From positions 27,404,001 through 27,468,000 of the forward strand of contig NC_043000.1 in NCBI RefSeq assembly GCF_006345805.1: a DNA stretch of 64,000 bases, written 5' to 3'. Numbering within the stretch: position 1 is the stretch's first letter; every line of letters starts with the position of its first letter. The stretch is from Octopus sinensis. Lineage: Eukaryota. The notes beneath the pieces are model-generated. The model was not told the DNA's origin, searched no databases, and saw only the letters and a program-made list of their open reading frames with translations. Of the stretch, positions 1-11,704 are shown piece by piece. A program made the translations under genes and the position numbers.

Positions 1-829
1 AAGGTTTAAAAGGTGTTGAAACATTTAAGATTTTTAATCAAATATTTACGTTAAAAATATTTTCTATACCTTGTCTCAGATATATAATCGTTGCAAAGAA
101 TATCTGCAATTAAACGTTCGTTTAATTCCGTTATAATCTAACATCTGCTACTTACATACAAGCGTAATAGCGGTCTTATGTCAGACAAACCATGAAATGC
201 CATCCTGGAAGTGAAGTTTGTTCAAGGGAAGCTATTAAACATCTTCCGCTCCAATTAACCGGAAGTTGTAAACAAGTAAGAAAAAAGAAAAATGACTCAG
301 GCTTGAATAGCGAATTAAATTGGAAATTGGCAAGTAGTTACGTAGTCTACAAAATCTCTCTTAGGAAAGTGAATAAACAGATCACAGAGAACCACTGATA
401 AAATGTCATTTATTTTGTATTGGCTTGTCATTTTTTCCGGTGGTATTTCATGTATCATTACAGGCTCGAAATGATGTCCTGGTTAATAAAGAAATGCTAT
501 GATAGGCAGATTTGTGAAGGTTTCTACTGCCATTATAAAAATAGCTCGGATCACATCTGCATATATCATATATGCACAGGAGCTATTATAATGAGGCAAT
601 TTATATACGATGCCCCAGTCATTCGCCCACAAACTTATTGATAAATGAAGGACAGAGACTGAAGTTTTCTCATGTTTATATTTATTCATCTAAAACCATG
701 TAATAATTTTTCCCTCGTCTACCGTTTCCGGCGGGATAGCAATTTTTAGAAACTCTTCTATGATTAATATGAGGCTTGAAAGAAATTGCGACTTAATATG
801 TATAAATACATAGACAAGAGAATACATAC

Positions 830-1000
830 ATACATATATAATATATATATTCGCATACACATGCACCTCACACACACGCACACACACATATACATATATA
901 TGAGTATAAAAATGCAACTCTAGGTACACACACATGCATATACACACTAACACAAACGCATATATATATATATACATGTGTGTATATATATATGTATATA

Positions 1001-1037
<37 letters not shown>

Positions 1038-1070
1038 CATGTGTGTATATATATAGTATATATATATATA

Positions 1071-1142
<72 letters not shown>

Positions 1143-1185
1143 ATATATATATCCATATATATTATATATACATATATATATGTAT
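830..1185. repeat. (TA)n/(CA)n compound microsatellite
   Basis: Long imperfect TA runs with a CA-rich left flank; source of the YI-repeat ORFs. Confidence 0.95.
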
Positions 1186-1331
1186 AGGAAACTAGATGGT
1201 AAAATATTTTTCATTCCGTTCCTGTCGAATTTTATTCCTAATTTTGTGGTTATAGAAATTAGCTGTTCTTTCTAGCGTGTTGAATCCTATGAGTGGATTC
1301 CTCATGTGTTTAAATGTACACTGTGTCTTAT

Positions 1332-1376
<45 letters not shown>

Positions 1377-1940
1377 ATATATAATACAAATATCTATATA
1401 TAATTTAAAAATCATTGCGTATGTAAGTGCAATACGCACGTGTGAATGCATATATACAGGTTTGCATGTGTGCATGTGTGTGTGCGTATATGTATGTATG
1501 TGTGAATGAGGGAGTGAGTGTACTGTCATGCGATGGTTTTTCAGAAACCAGTTTCGTTCCTCTATTGTTAATATACTTTTTTATTCTTATAATGTACTCT
1601 GTGTAAAGTTTGAGTGTTTACCATGTGTCTGATGTATTTATATTTCGTTTCTATTGTTCCGTGATTTCGCCTTACAATATCTATTATTGAGTAGTGTATT
1701 TTTTATGGAAGTTCATGTATCTAGTGACTCCCTTTCAGAGGAGAATATTGGTACTCTTCTCAGAAAAGATTTTTACCGTTGAAATATTTTGTTGGCGTTG
1801 GTATTAGTTACCTTCCTCAAGGCACTGCTAGTAATTTCTAATCTCAGCAACAGTAGTCACAGAATAATTTAATGTATAGACACCACTCTGTAGTAAATCC
1901 AATCATTCTAGCTGCGAACATATTATTTATATCAGATACA

Positions 1941-2368
1941 GAATTTCCTCCCCATATCGCGGTTCACCTATCGCGCACTCAATACATCGCGGATTTTTCT
2001 GACTAATGCAGTGTAGGTTTACAGTTATCATGTAGGCCCTTTAAATTTCTTTCAATGCTTTTTATTACACTTAAATTTCTGTCTCACAAACTGAAAAAGG
2101 GGCTTGACAAAATTAACTAAATTAGCAGAGAATAATGGTTTCATATTTTTTTTATAATTAAGATCTAAACTGCTAATATAAGAATGCGAAAAAGATAGTT
2201 GAATAACTGTAAACCTACTTTTGGGCCACCCTATATATGTAAGTTTATATCACGGACCCCTCAGTATATAGCGGCTTTCTGCGGCTGATAAACATTTAAA
2301 TTGTTTTTTAGATTTTAATTATTTCTGTGGAAGGTTTTGAAATACCCTTGATAGTCGAGAGATTAGTG
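1941..2368. mobile_element. pogo/Tigger-like MITE (Tc1/mariner superfamily), decayed
   Basis: TA-flanked imperfect TIRs (cagaatttcctccccatatcgcgg ... gatagtcgagagattagtg); internal atcgcgg repeats match the 18951-19188 copy. Confidence 0.6.
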
Positions 2369-2659
2369 TACAGTAAAATAACTACGCTGTCAGAAGATTA
2401 CTTTATAAAATCAGAGTCTTCGTGGGTTCGCTACGAAAGCCAGCGTATATGCGCTTGTTCATGTCCCGTACAGAAACATATTGGACTGAATGAAGAACTA
2501 TTAGATATAGTGAAAATTCTGAACACACTATACAGTATTGAGAGATTGAAAGAACGACAAATGAACCTTCTATTAAAATACAGTTCAAGGATTATACGTG
2601 GCTTACATTTCTAACTATAAAAATCGTTTACAAATTTTGTCACAAAGCCAGCAATATTT

Positions 2660-2835
2660 GGGGCGGGAGTATTTCGATTACATCGATCCCACTGTTCAAC
2701 TGGTACTTATTTTATCGATCCCAAAACATAAAAGTCAAAGTCGATTTCAGCGGAGTTTGAACCCAGAACTTGAAGACGGATGAAAGATCAATAAACATTT
2801 TGTCCGGGGTGCTAAAAATGTTGCAACATTCCAGC
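2660..2835 (-). mobile_element. tRNA-derived SINE family S2 (Meta/MESC-like core), decayed
   Basis: Similar to the 3010-3608 units: gattacatcga...aactggtacttattttatcga...gtttgaacccagaac. Confidence 0.7.
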
Positions 2836-3009
2836 CATATTTCGCGAATTAATTTTGGCTCAATGCTAGCAATTTCAGCGGAAGTGTAAGTCGATTACAT
2901 CGACCCTGTCAGATAAATTTACCTTACGCTATTAGTTAAGGGCCGATGTGTCTTAGGATTCAATCCTACGTTACACTTTCTCTGCATCAATACATATATG
3001 ACATGCTCT

Positions 3010-3608
3010 ATTTCATTACTACCCACAAGGGGATAAACACAGAGAGAACAAACAAGGAGAGACAAACGGATTAAGCCGAGTATATCGACCCCAGTGCGTA
3101 ATTGGAATTTATTTAATCGACCCCGAAAGGATGAAAGAGAAAGTCGACCTCGGCGGAATTTGAACTCAGAACGTAACGGTAGACGAAATAGGTATTTCTC
3201 TACTACCCACAAGGAGCTAAACCCAGAGAGGACAAACAGGGGCAGACAAACGGATTAAGTCGATTATATCGACCCCGGTGCGTAACTGGTACTTATTTAA
3301 TCGACCCCGAAAGGATGAAAGGCAAAATCGACCTCGGCGGAATTTGAACTCAGAACGTAGCAGCAGACGAAATACCTATTTCTTTATTACCCACAAGGGG
3401 CTAAACATAGAGGGGACAGACAAGGACAGACATAGGTATTAAGTCGATTATATCGACCCCAGTGCGTAACTGGTACTTAATTTATCAACCCCGAAAAGAT
3501 GAAAGGCAAAATCGACCTCGGCAGGATTTGAACTCAGAACGTAGCAGCAGACGAAATACCGCTGAGCATTTCGCCCGGCGTGGTAATGTTTCTGCCAGCT
3601 CACTACCT
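3010..3608 (-). mobile_element. Head-to-tail trimer of SINE family S2
   Basis: Three ~183-bp units (about 3010-3192, 3193-3376, 3377-3608). The minus strand has a B-box-like gttctgagttcaaattcc and the core gcctttcatcctttcggggtcgat. Only the rightmost unit keeps the tRNA-like head. Confidence 0.85.
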
Positions 3609-4140
3609 TATATATCACATACTGTTTGCAGTGGACTGGTATACTTCTTGAAGCAAAGGATGGAATACGAGTTTTAAGGTTTTATGTGTCGAAAATGAAT
3701 AAGCACCAAGTTGCGTAGGTTATATAATTCCCTTAAAAATCGTAGGTGACACAGTGTGAGACGACATATTGCACGTTAGCAGCCGGTTTGATTAAATGAG
3801 CTTTACAGAGAAGAATCCAAGATGAAAAATGTGCATGTTTGGTAGCTATCAACCCTTCTGTAGACAAAATGGTATCTCCGCCAAAGGATGAGATATATGG
3901 TTGTGTGAACTGGCAATTCACACCAAGTTATTTGAATTTCCTATTTCCAACCCCAACCTCGATACGAAGTGAGTGTTTGTGTGTGTGTGTGTGTGTGTGT
4001 GTGCACGCGCGCATGCACACGCACGCACGTATATATAAATATATACATATATATATGCGTGTGTATGTATGTATTTGTATATATATATAGGCACACATAT
4101 ATATGTGTGTATGTATGTATGAACATGTATATATATATAT

Positions 4141-4320
4141 AATAAAATATTAGGGAATAATACCAAACTTACAGGGAAAAATCAGATTTAGGATTGAATC
4201 CAATTTTATAGTAAAATATTATATTATATTAAATAAATTAAATTAATTAATCTTATGTATTGGCTTAAGTTTTTCATTGTATGATTTGCCTAATAGTGGT
4301 TTTGTCTCTAATTTAATATG
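4141..4320. repeat. AT-rich PLE-type terminal-repeat fragment (family 2), without ribozyme core
   Basis: Near-identical to 15179-15260 and 22365-22445 (tattagggaata...cagggaaaaatcagatttaggatt); ends in aatagtggttttgtctctaat. Confidence 0.7.
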
Positions 4321-4332
4321 ATATATATATAT

Positions 4333-5128
4333 ATATACAAAAATGTATACGAAACAAGGACGGGAAAAAATAAATATAAATAACAGGACATAACAACATG
4401 TCTCTTTCGACTAAGGACGAATTAAATTAAGCTGACGTGTGTGAAATTAAAGCTTTAGGGCAGGGACATAAGATTTAACAAACGCAGGAAGGAATACAGA
4501 TGTTGCACGGACAGTAGTCCAACCAAGAAAGAAAGGTCAGACCTGGCCGAACACCGGTCAAATGGGGAGAGAAGAGAGGTAGAGGCAGAAGGATAGAAGA
4601 ATTAAGGATGGACGAGAGCAAAATGAAAGAGACACGTTTTGTTATGTCCTGTTATTTATATTTACTCTTTTTTCTCTCTTTTTTCTTGTTTCAGTCATTT
4701 GACTACGGCCATGCTGGAGCACCGCCTTTAGTCGAGCGAATCGACCCCGGGACTTATTCTTTGTAAGCCCAGTACTTATTCTATCTGTCTCTTTTGCCGC
4801 ACCGCTAAGTGACGGGGACGTAAACCCACCATCATCGGTTGTCAAGCAATGCTAGAGGGACAAACACAGACACACAAACACATACACACACATACATATA
4901 TATATATACATATATACGACAGGCTTCTTTCAGTTTCCGTCTACAAAATCCACTCACAAGATTTTGGTCGGCCCGAGGCTATAGCAGAAGACACTTGCCC
5001 AAGATGCCACGCAGTGGGACTGAACCCGGAACCATGTGGTTGGTAAGCAAGCTACTTACCACACAGCCACTCCTGCGCCTATTTGTGTAACATTTCTATA
5101 TTTTTTTTGTCCTTGTTTCGTATACATT
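4333..5128. repeat. Inverted-repeat element interrupted by a SINE
   Basis: Left arm 4333-4410; the inverted arm is split into 4625-4663 and 5095-5128 by the S1 SINE. Confidence 0.6.
4672..5081 (-). mobile_element. tRNA-derived SINE family S1 (internal microsatellite, CR1-type 3' tail), full length
   Basis: Minus strand: head ggagtggctgtgtggtaagtagc...ccgggttcagtccc, internal TA/CA tract, tail ggcggtgctccagcatggccgtagtc. Confidence 0.9.
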
Positions 5129-5392
5129 CGCTGCATTTTTTTCCAAGGAATGTAATGCTCTTATCTTATTTTTCCTTCGGGCTGGCCAGATTGGAGCAAC
5201 CTCGTGTATAACCAGCTGACATTGCAACGATAATCTCGAACTCGACTGATCTGTCCTTGTTTTCTTTGTCCCCTCTGTCTGGATATTTTGTTTTCCTTTT
5301 TTTGTTTCACCTAACTCACTGGATGTTTTGCGTTCTTGTCCCATTTTTGTATTTTTATATATACAAAATATAGCGGCGTAGGCACACTTTGG

Positions 5393-5425
<33 letters not shown>

Positions 5426-5449
5426 CGTTTATAAATTCCTGAAATACAA

Positions 5450-5482
<33 letters not shown>

Positions 5483-5486
<4 letters not shown>

Positions 5487-5730
5487 TATTTCGGGACGGT
5501 CATTATATTTTTTGCCCAATAACCACACGCCCTATATATTTTTCTTCAATCGTTCATTACTGTTCTATTTTTTTTCTCCTGAACCACAAACTCATTACCG
5601 TTGCGCAGTTTCAAATCATACCTGGGACACCCCCACACATATACATACATATACGCACACTCCTAGACACACACATATATAGTTCGTGCGTTTATTTGGC
5701 TAAAAAGAAAATGACTATCCCGAAATACAA
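5483..5730. mobile_element. Short element with ~19-bp inverted termini
   Basis: gtatttcgggacggtcatt ... aatgactatcccgaaatac; the same terminus recurs at 17340-17360. Confidence 0.55.
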
Positions 5731-6170
5731 CAAAATATGTTTCCGACTAAGAGCTATGCACGAAACGTTAATAATAACTCTTCCCCTTCACCGAGCGTCT
5801 AATTAATTTATTTCTTCCGCATGTCCTTACATTTGTTCTTTTATCTTTTCTCTGCTTTGTAATTGTCTTTTTTTATTGGAATTAACTATGTGTGTGTGTG
5901 TGTGTGTGTACGTATGTGTGTGGTTATTGTTCTATTTTTACAGTTGACTGCCGTTTCCTTCTGCTTCCTCGTTATCAACGGTATTACTAATTCCGTACTT
6001 GACCGGTCAGATGACTCTCAAGTCTCGCTGCAGTGATTCAAGTGGTTTGAAGGAAGGGAAACAGCCGGGACTTATAACTTAATATGTGCTTCCAATTTGT
6101 TAGGCTTACACACATTGCCACTCTCTCAATGCCATAGGACTCTCAGGAGATGGAATATTAAATGAGGTTG

Positions 6171-6373
6171 CATAGGCGTAGGAGTGGCTGTGTGGGAAGT
6201 AGCTTGCTTACCAGCCACATAGTTCCCGGTTCAGTCCCACTGCGTGGCACCTCGGCCAAGAGCCTTCTCCTATTGCCACGGGCCGACCAAAGCATTGTGA
6301 GTGGATTTGGTAGACGGAAACTGAAAGAAGCCCGTCGTATATATGTATATATATGTATATATGTATATATATG

Positions 6374-6406
<33 letters not shown>

Positions 6407-6590
6407 CGCTAGACAACCGATTCTGATGAGTTTACGTCCCTGTAACTTAGCGGTTCGGCAAAAGAAATCGATAGAATAAGTACTAGGCTTATAAAGAATA
6501 AGTCCTGGGGTCGATTTGCTCGACTAAAGGCGGTGCTCCAGCATGGCCACAATCAAAAGGATTGAAACATGTAAAAGAGTAAAGAGAGAG
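6171..6590 (+). mobile_element. SINE family S1, full length
   Basis: A/B-box-like head, internal (TA)/(GT) tract, tail aaaggcggtgctccagcatggccac and an aaagag repeat. Confidence 0.9.
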
Positions 6591-7030
6591 TATAAAGGGG
6601 CATTTGTACGTCATTGGATTATAAAGATAAACATTTGCACCACTCTCTAAGTCTTCTGTTTTGTACGTATTGATAGGTTTAATACAGGTGGTCAGTAAAC
6701 ACATGGAACCGCGGATTTTACATTAGTGTTCATCTGCTGGGAAGATACTCTCTAACAGCTAGGGGTTTCTCGTTTCAGATGGTTTTACTGCGCGCCCTGA
6801 CACCAATGAAGAGTAGTTCGGCATCCCCACCTTCAGAGGCATTGTCTCATATATGCTAGGCTAGTAAACCCACGGTGGGAACGCTGATACGTGCTGTTAA
6901 TTAGGGTCAGAGTAGAAGACCTGGGAATAATAGTGACTAAGAGATGGTTCCTCACGCACTAAAACTCCCAAACCATTAGCTCATTACCAGTGCGCAGTTT
7001 GAAATCATACCGAGGACACTCGTCCATAGG

Positions 7031-7090
<60 letters not shown>

Positions 7091-7091
<1 letters not shown>

Positions 7092-7330
7092 TGTTGTGCC
7101 TGGAGGAGTCATTCTCTTTTTGTGCCTTATAATTTAACACACTCACCGGTCAAATTTCCACTCATTTATTTTATATTTTTCTTATTTTTAATTTTTGTTT
7201 TAATTTTTTATAAAAGATAATAAGTGGAAATTTTACCGGTGAGTGTGTTAAAATAGAATGACTCTCCCCAGACACAACAAATATGCTTCAACACACGAAC
7301 TCACATAAAGAATCATGCACAGAAAATCCA
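7091..7330. repeat. Fold-back repeat; second single-arm copy at 16530-16620
   Basis: Arms 7091-7163 and 7222-7279 (ttgtgcctggaggagtcattct...caccggtcaaatttccac and its inverse). Confidence 0.7.
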
Positions 7331-7339
7331 AATAAGAAA

Positions 7340-7403
7340 TATATATATATATATATATGTATATAATAATATATATATATATAATATATATATATATATA
7401 TTA

Positions 7404-7434
<31 letters not shown>

Positions 7435-7578
7435 TATTTATACATACATATATATATATATATTATATATATGCACATATATAGGTATATATGTACATAT
7501 ATATGAGTATATATATGCACATATATATAATATATATATATATATATCTATATATATATAGATATATATTATATGATT

Positions 7579-7625
<47 letters not shown>

Positions 7626-7742
7626 ATATGCACATATATATATGTGTATATATATGCGACATATATATACATATATATATAATATATAATATTATATATA
7701 TGTAGATATATATATATATATATATATATATGATATATATAT

Positions 7743-7801
<59 letters not shown>

Positions 7802-7817
7802 TATATATACATATATA
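7340..7817. repeat. (TA)n microsatellite
   Basis: About 480 bp of imperfect TA repeat. Confidence 0.95.
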
Positions 7818-7820
7818 TCG

Positions 7821-8115
7821 AGGGCGCATAGGCTTGTGGTAAAGGTGTTGCACTCAGGATCGTAAGATTTTGGTTACAGTTCCTAGACCGAGTAGTGCGT
7901 TATGTTCTTGAGCAAAGACTTGTCTCGTTGCTCTGCGATCACTGTGATAATTCACGCATGTTACACAGTTTACCAGTGCAGGTGACGTCGATTTCATGGA
8001 GGAAGTGAGATAATGTGCCACACAGGCATTTGATCACTCAAAACAAATCCTTTGTGCAAGTCGTTTCGCAAAAGCTGAACGCTCATACGTCGCCTCCGAT
8101 GCGAGAATCCATCGC
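7821..8115 (+). mobile_element. tRNA-derived SINE family S3-like (CORE-like middle), decayed
   Basis: Head gggcgcataggcttgtggtaaaggtg; CORE-like tgttcttgagcaaagacttgtctcgttgctc. Confidence 0.6.
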
Positions 8116-8460
8116 AATATCTGTATATGTAAAAGCAGGATGTGCGTGTTTGTGTTTGTGTGTGTGTGTGTGTGCGTGAATGAATGTTATGCACAAATTA
8201 GCACGCATGTCGCTCCAGTTTTAGGAGGACATTCGTCATGATCCTAGCTGCATTTTCGTCAACTTTTTTTTACAAGAGGCACCAGCGAATAGCAGTAAAA
8301 ATATATTTTCAACTAAAACTTTTAACAATTTTCAAGTCGGAGAAATCACTATTGTTTGCATACAGGATTTAATACCCCCTCTAGCGACGAGTAAGTTTTT
8401 GTTAAAACCTTTGTTATTATTTTTCCATCGAGGAAAAAAGTGTTTTGCTGATATAAGGGC

Positions 8461-8461
<1 letters not shown>

Positions 8462-8523
<62 letters not shown>

Positions 8524-8701
8524 ACATGTATGCGGAAAAAGAACATGTATGTAATAGTTGTACCTACGTACGTGTGTGTATGTGTGTGTTTGTGTGTGTT
8601 GCACACATATATATATATATATGTATATACAAGTGTATGTGTGTGTGTGTGTGTGTGTGCGTGTGTGTGTATGTATATATATGTATGTATGTATGTATGT
8701 C

Positions 8702-8733
<32 letters not shown>

Positions 8734-8762
8734 TGTATGTATGTATGTATGTATGTATGTAT
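8462..8762. repeat. (CA)n / (GT)n / (TATG)n microsatellites
   Basis: Direct reading of tandem repeats. Confidence 0.95.
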
Positions 8763-8889
8763 ATAAACCAATGTCAACGGATTTCGCCCAAATTTGATGC
8801 CGATATCACATATTTTGGTTTGAAATAATGAACTTGATTAAATTAATAACCCTAACTTAATCCCGGGCAAATCCGGATTATACTGCTAG
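8700..8889 (+). mobile_element. Non-autonomous Helitron-type 3' end
   Basis: Subterminal hairpin atcc(c)gg-gcaaat-ccggat followed by ctgCTAG|T at 8886-8890. Confidence 0.6.
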
Positions 8890-9420
8890 TATATATTATT
8901 TTCAGTGAATACAGTTAGATGCTCGAATCTTGCTGTTAAAGTTACAGCTCCACATTTATTAGCAGAGTCTACTTCCAGTAAAGTGATGTGGATACTAGCT
9001 TATTTACTTGTGTTACAGTTATGATACAGAGAGGAAGTATAAAGAAAGATATGATCACCTCAAGATTAGTTTTGTTGTTAACATAATTTAATTAATTGTT
9101 CCCCTGAAGAACTGTTGTCGACCAGCATCCAAATATACTACGAACTCCCACTGCAGACGATGCAAACAGCCTTAATCCTGACCATCGCCCCGGGAACAAA
9201 TGTTCAACACTGCATCTGAGGTTCATCATATTTTTTCTTGTATTTGTCTATATATGTTCTTCTTTCTCTGTCTGTCCGTCTTGCAGTCTGTCTCTCTCTT
9301 TCTCCCTCTCACTCCCCTTCTCTTATATATATATATATATAATATATATATGCAAATACACATATAAACCAATATCACCGGACCTCTGTCTACATACATA
9401 CATACATACATATATAAATG

Positions 9421-9485
<65 letters not shown>

Positions 9486-9514
9486 GCGAGAAAGAAGCAA
9501 CAAGAATGGATAGG

Positions 9515-9606
9515 TTTTTAGTACAATCGTTTCATACAAGGACAGGCTTTATTAAAAGTTGCAAAAATTGCAGCATATAAACTTGTCCCGTACTCATCAG
9601 CTAAAA
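9515..9606 (-). ncRNA. Minimal type I hammerhead ribozyme (family 1)
   Basis: Reverse complement of the 10399-10489 motif. Confidence 0.75.
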
Positions 9607-10398
9607 TACATGTGAGTTCTCTAGACATTCTAGTGGTTGAGGCTATACTCATGAAGTAATGTAGATAATTAAGTAACATAAACAGATTTCCAAAGTTCAT
9701 TAAAGTTCTTTAAAGATGATGTACAGTCTTATCACAGAATTTTAAAAAAGTTTTAATAGCATCACAGAGAAGGTGACTTGATCCATAGTGTACATATGAA
9801 TTTCCAGAGATATGAGGAGGGGTTACATACTCACAGACGACAAATTTATCCATTGCTAATCACAACGAGGTGGGTCTCAATTCCTGCTTATTAGCATTAC
9901 AGAGAGGGTGAATTAATCCTTTGTATAGATGCACAATTTCCAATGGTGTAGATGTAAATTTCCAGAGAAATGAAGAGGAATTTCATATTCACAGGCGATA
10001 AATTTATCAATGGTTGAACACAATGAGGTAGGTATCAATTCTTGCTATATGATTAGGTAGTTGCCACATTAATCACATTACTGCTATTTTCAAGAGACTG
10101 TAGCTATTTAACTTTTAAAGGCTGAAGGGCTTTCTAGAGAGGCAAAGAACAGAAAAGGGAAGGAAAGAGAAGAAAAGAGAGAAAATAAAGGAGGAGGGAG
10201 CAAAGGGGGGGGACTAAAAGAGAAGAGAAAAGGAAAAAGAAAAAAAGAAAAAGAGAATAAGAAGAAGAAAAAGAAAAAAGAGAAAAGAGAAAGAAATAGG
10301 GAAAGAAGGGAAAAAAAGAAAAAGAAAAAAAGAGGGTTCTAGTTACACAGAAGAATTAGTAGACGGCAAGTCTAGGATGTCTAGAGAACTCACATGTA

Positions 10399-10489
10399 TT
10401 TTAGCTGATGAGTACGGGACAAGTTTATATGCTGCAATTTTTGCAACTTTTAATAAAGCCTGTCCTTGTATGAAACGATTGTACTAAAA
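10399..10489 (+). ncRNA. Minimal type I hammerhead ribozyme (family 1)
   Basis: Helix I uuuuag/cuaaaa; CUGAUGA 10405-10411; helix II guacgggac/guccuuguau; GAAA 10472-10475; helix III ACGAUUGU; GUA site, cut predicted after 10483. Confidence 0.8.
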
Positions 10490-10664
10490 ACCTATCCATT
10501 CTTGTTGCTTCTTTCTCGCTTATAATCACCCCACATTACGGTATTGTTAAAACCGTATAGTTTTTTTGGGTGCATCTAAGTTAGGTACCATATTCAAGTA
10601 AATTCATTTAAATTAACTTGAATCTTTATTGCTTTTTGTATATATATATATATATAGACAGGTA

Positions 10665-10676
10665 ATAGATAGATAA

Positions 10677-10741
<65 letters not shown>

Positions 10742-10742
10742 C

Positions 10743-10783
<41 letters not shown>
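10665..10783. repeat. (GATA)n microsatellite
   Basis: Direct reading. Confidence 0.95.
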
Positions 10784-11704
10784 TTTCATATATCTCAATA
10801 TTAAGGAAATAAATTACAGTGAGAGTCAAGCTTGCCCACCACAATAAATTACTCTAACCTACAAACATTTAATAATTTTCGTGTTAAATTTTATTCCTCC
10901 GTAATATGGCTATAGGCATACACTTAATCTCTTTGTTGACTAAAAAAGTTTTCTGAAATATGGTATATTTGATTTATATCCCTCCTCCTTTCTTTTCTTC
11001 AGTTACTTCCCTTGTTCTTTTACTCCTCTTCGTTCTTCTCGTTATTATTTAGAAATAAAATGGTTGCAAATTCTGATACCGTTTTATATGACTACATGAT
11101 AATTTCAGTTTCAGGTTTGCATATATGTAAAGGCATACATTATTATGGACGTCTAAACGCCTCCTATTATTTTATAATATTTAAAAGTGCATAATAGGAA
11201 ATAGAGTAAAAGAAAGATGGGAGAAGGAAAGAGTGTCAGTAAATGTAACTGAGTTAGAGTGGGTGAAAGGGAGAAAGAGCGAAGAGAGAGCGGAGGAGTG
11301 AGCACATTGTGTTCCATGATTTGCTTCACTTTCTCCCTCTTTCTCCAACGTTCTCCCTCTCTACTGCTGGTAGAAATCCAAAACCCATCGTGTAGCTTAG
11401 AAAGTCAGAGGTCATAAGTTTATGCACCGTAAACCGATGTGAATTTCGTTAGTTGGTCATGCTTGCGTATGAGCTGCAGGCATTTTCTCTATAATATATT
11501 TTTACCGATGTTATCGAAAACCGAATATATTTAGGAAACTCTGATAAGAAAACTACAGAAATAGTTCTACAACTTAGTTAAAATTCAATATCTCAAATAT
11601 ATGCTTCGAATCACAACACCAGGTTTCCTTTTCGTGCATGTAAGGCCTGATTGACGAATTTTATGATCAATAGCATTCCAGCTATGACCATCCCGGCCAC
11701 GAAA

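Larger units (their letters stand above)
9486..10625 (-). mobile_element. 5'-truncated PLE 3' end with inverted pLTR (family 1)
   Basis: 148-bp inverted arms 9486-9633 and 10372-10519 with one mismatch; purine tract 10140-10335; internal ~165-bp duplication; paralog at 45250-46110. Confidence 0.75.

Noticed and set aside
3010-3608. CRISPR-like regular repeats
   Set aside because: Whole-unit tandem SINE copies without unique spacers, in eukaryotic DNA with no cas genes.
6423-6430. CTGATGA here and at 26142 inside S1 SINEs
   Set aside because: Point variants of the SINE body, with no helices or GAAA/GUH partner.
9095-9200. ttgttccc-CTGAAGA ... gggaacaa (helix I-like pairing)
   Set aside because: No GAAA or NUH between the arms.
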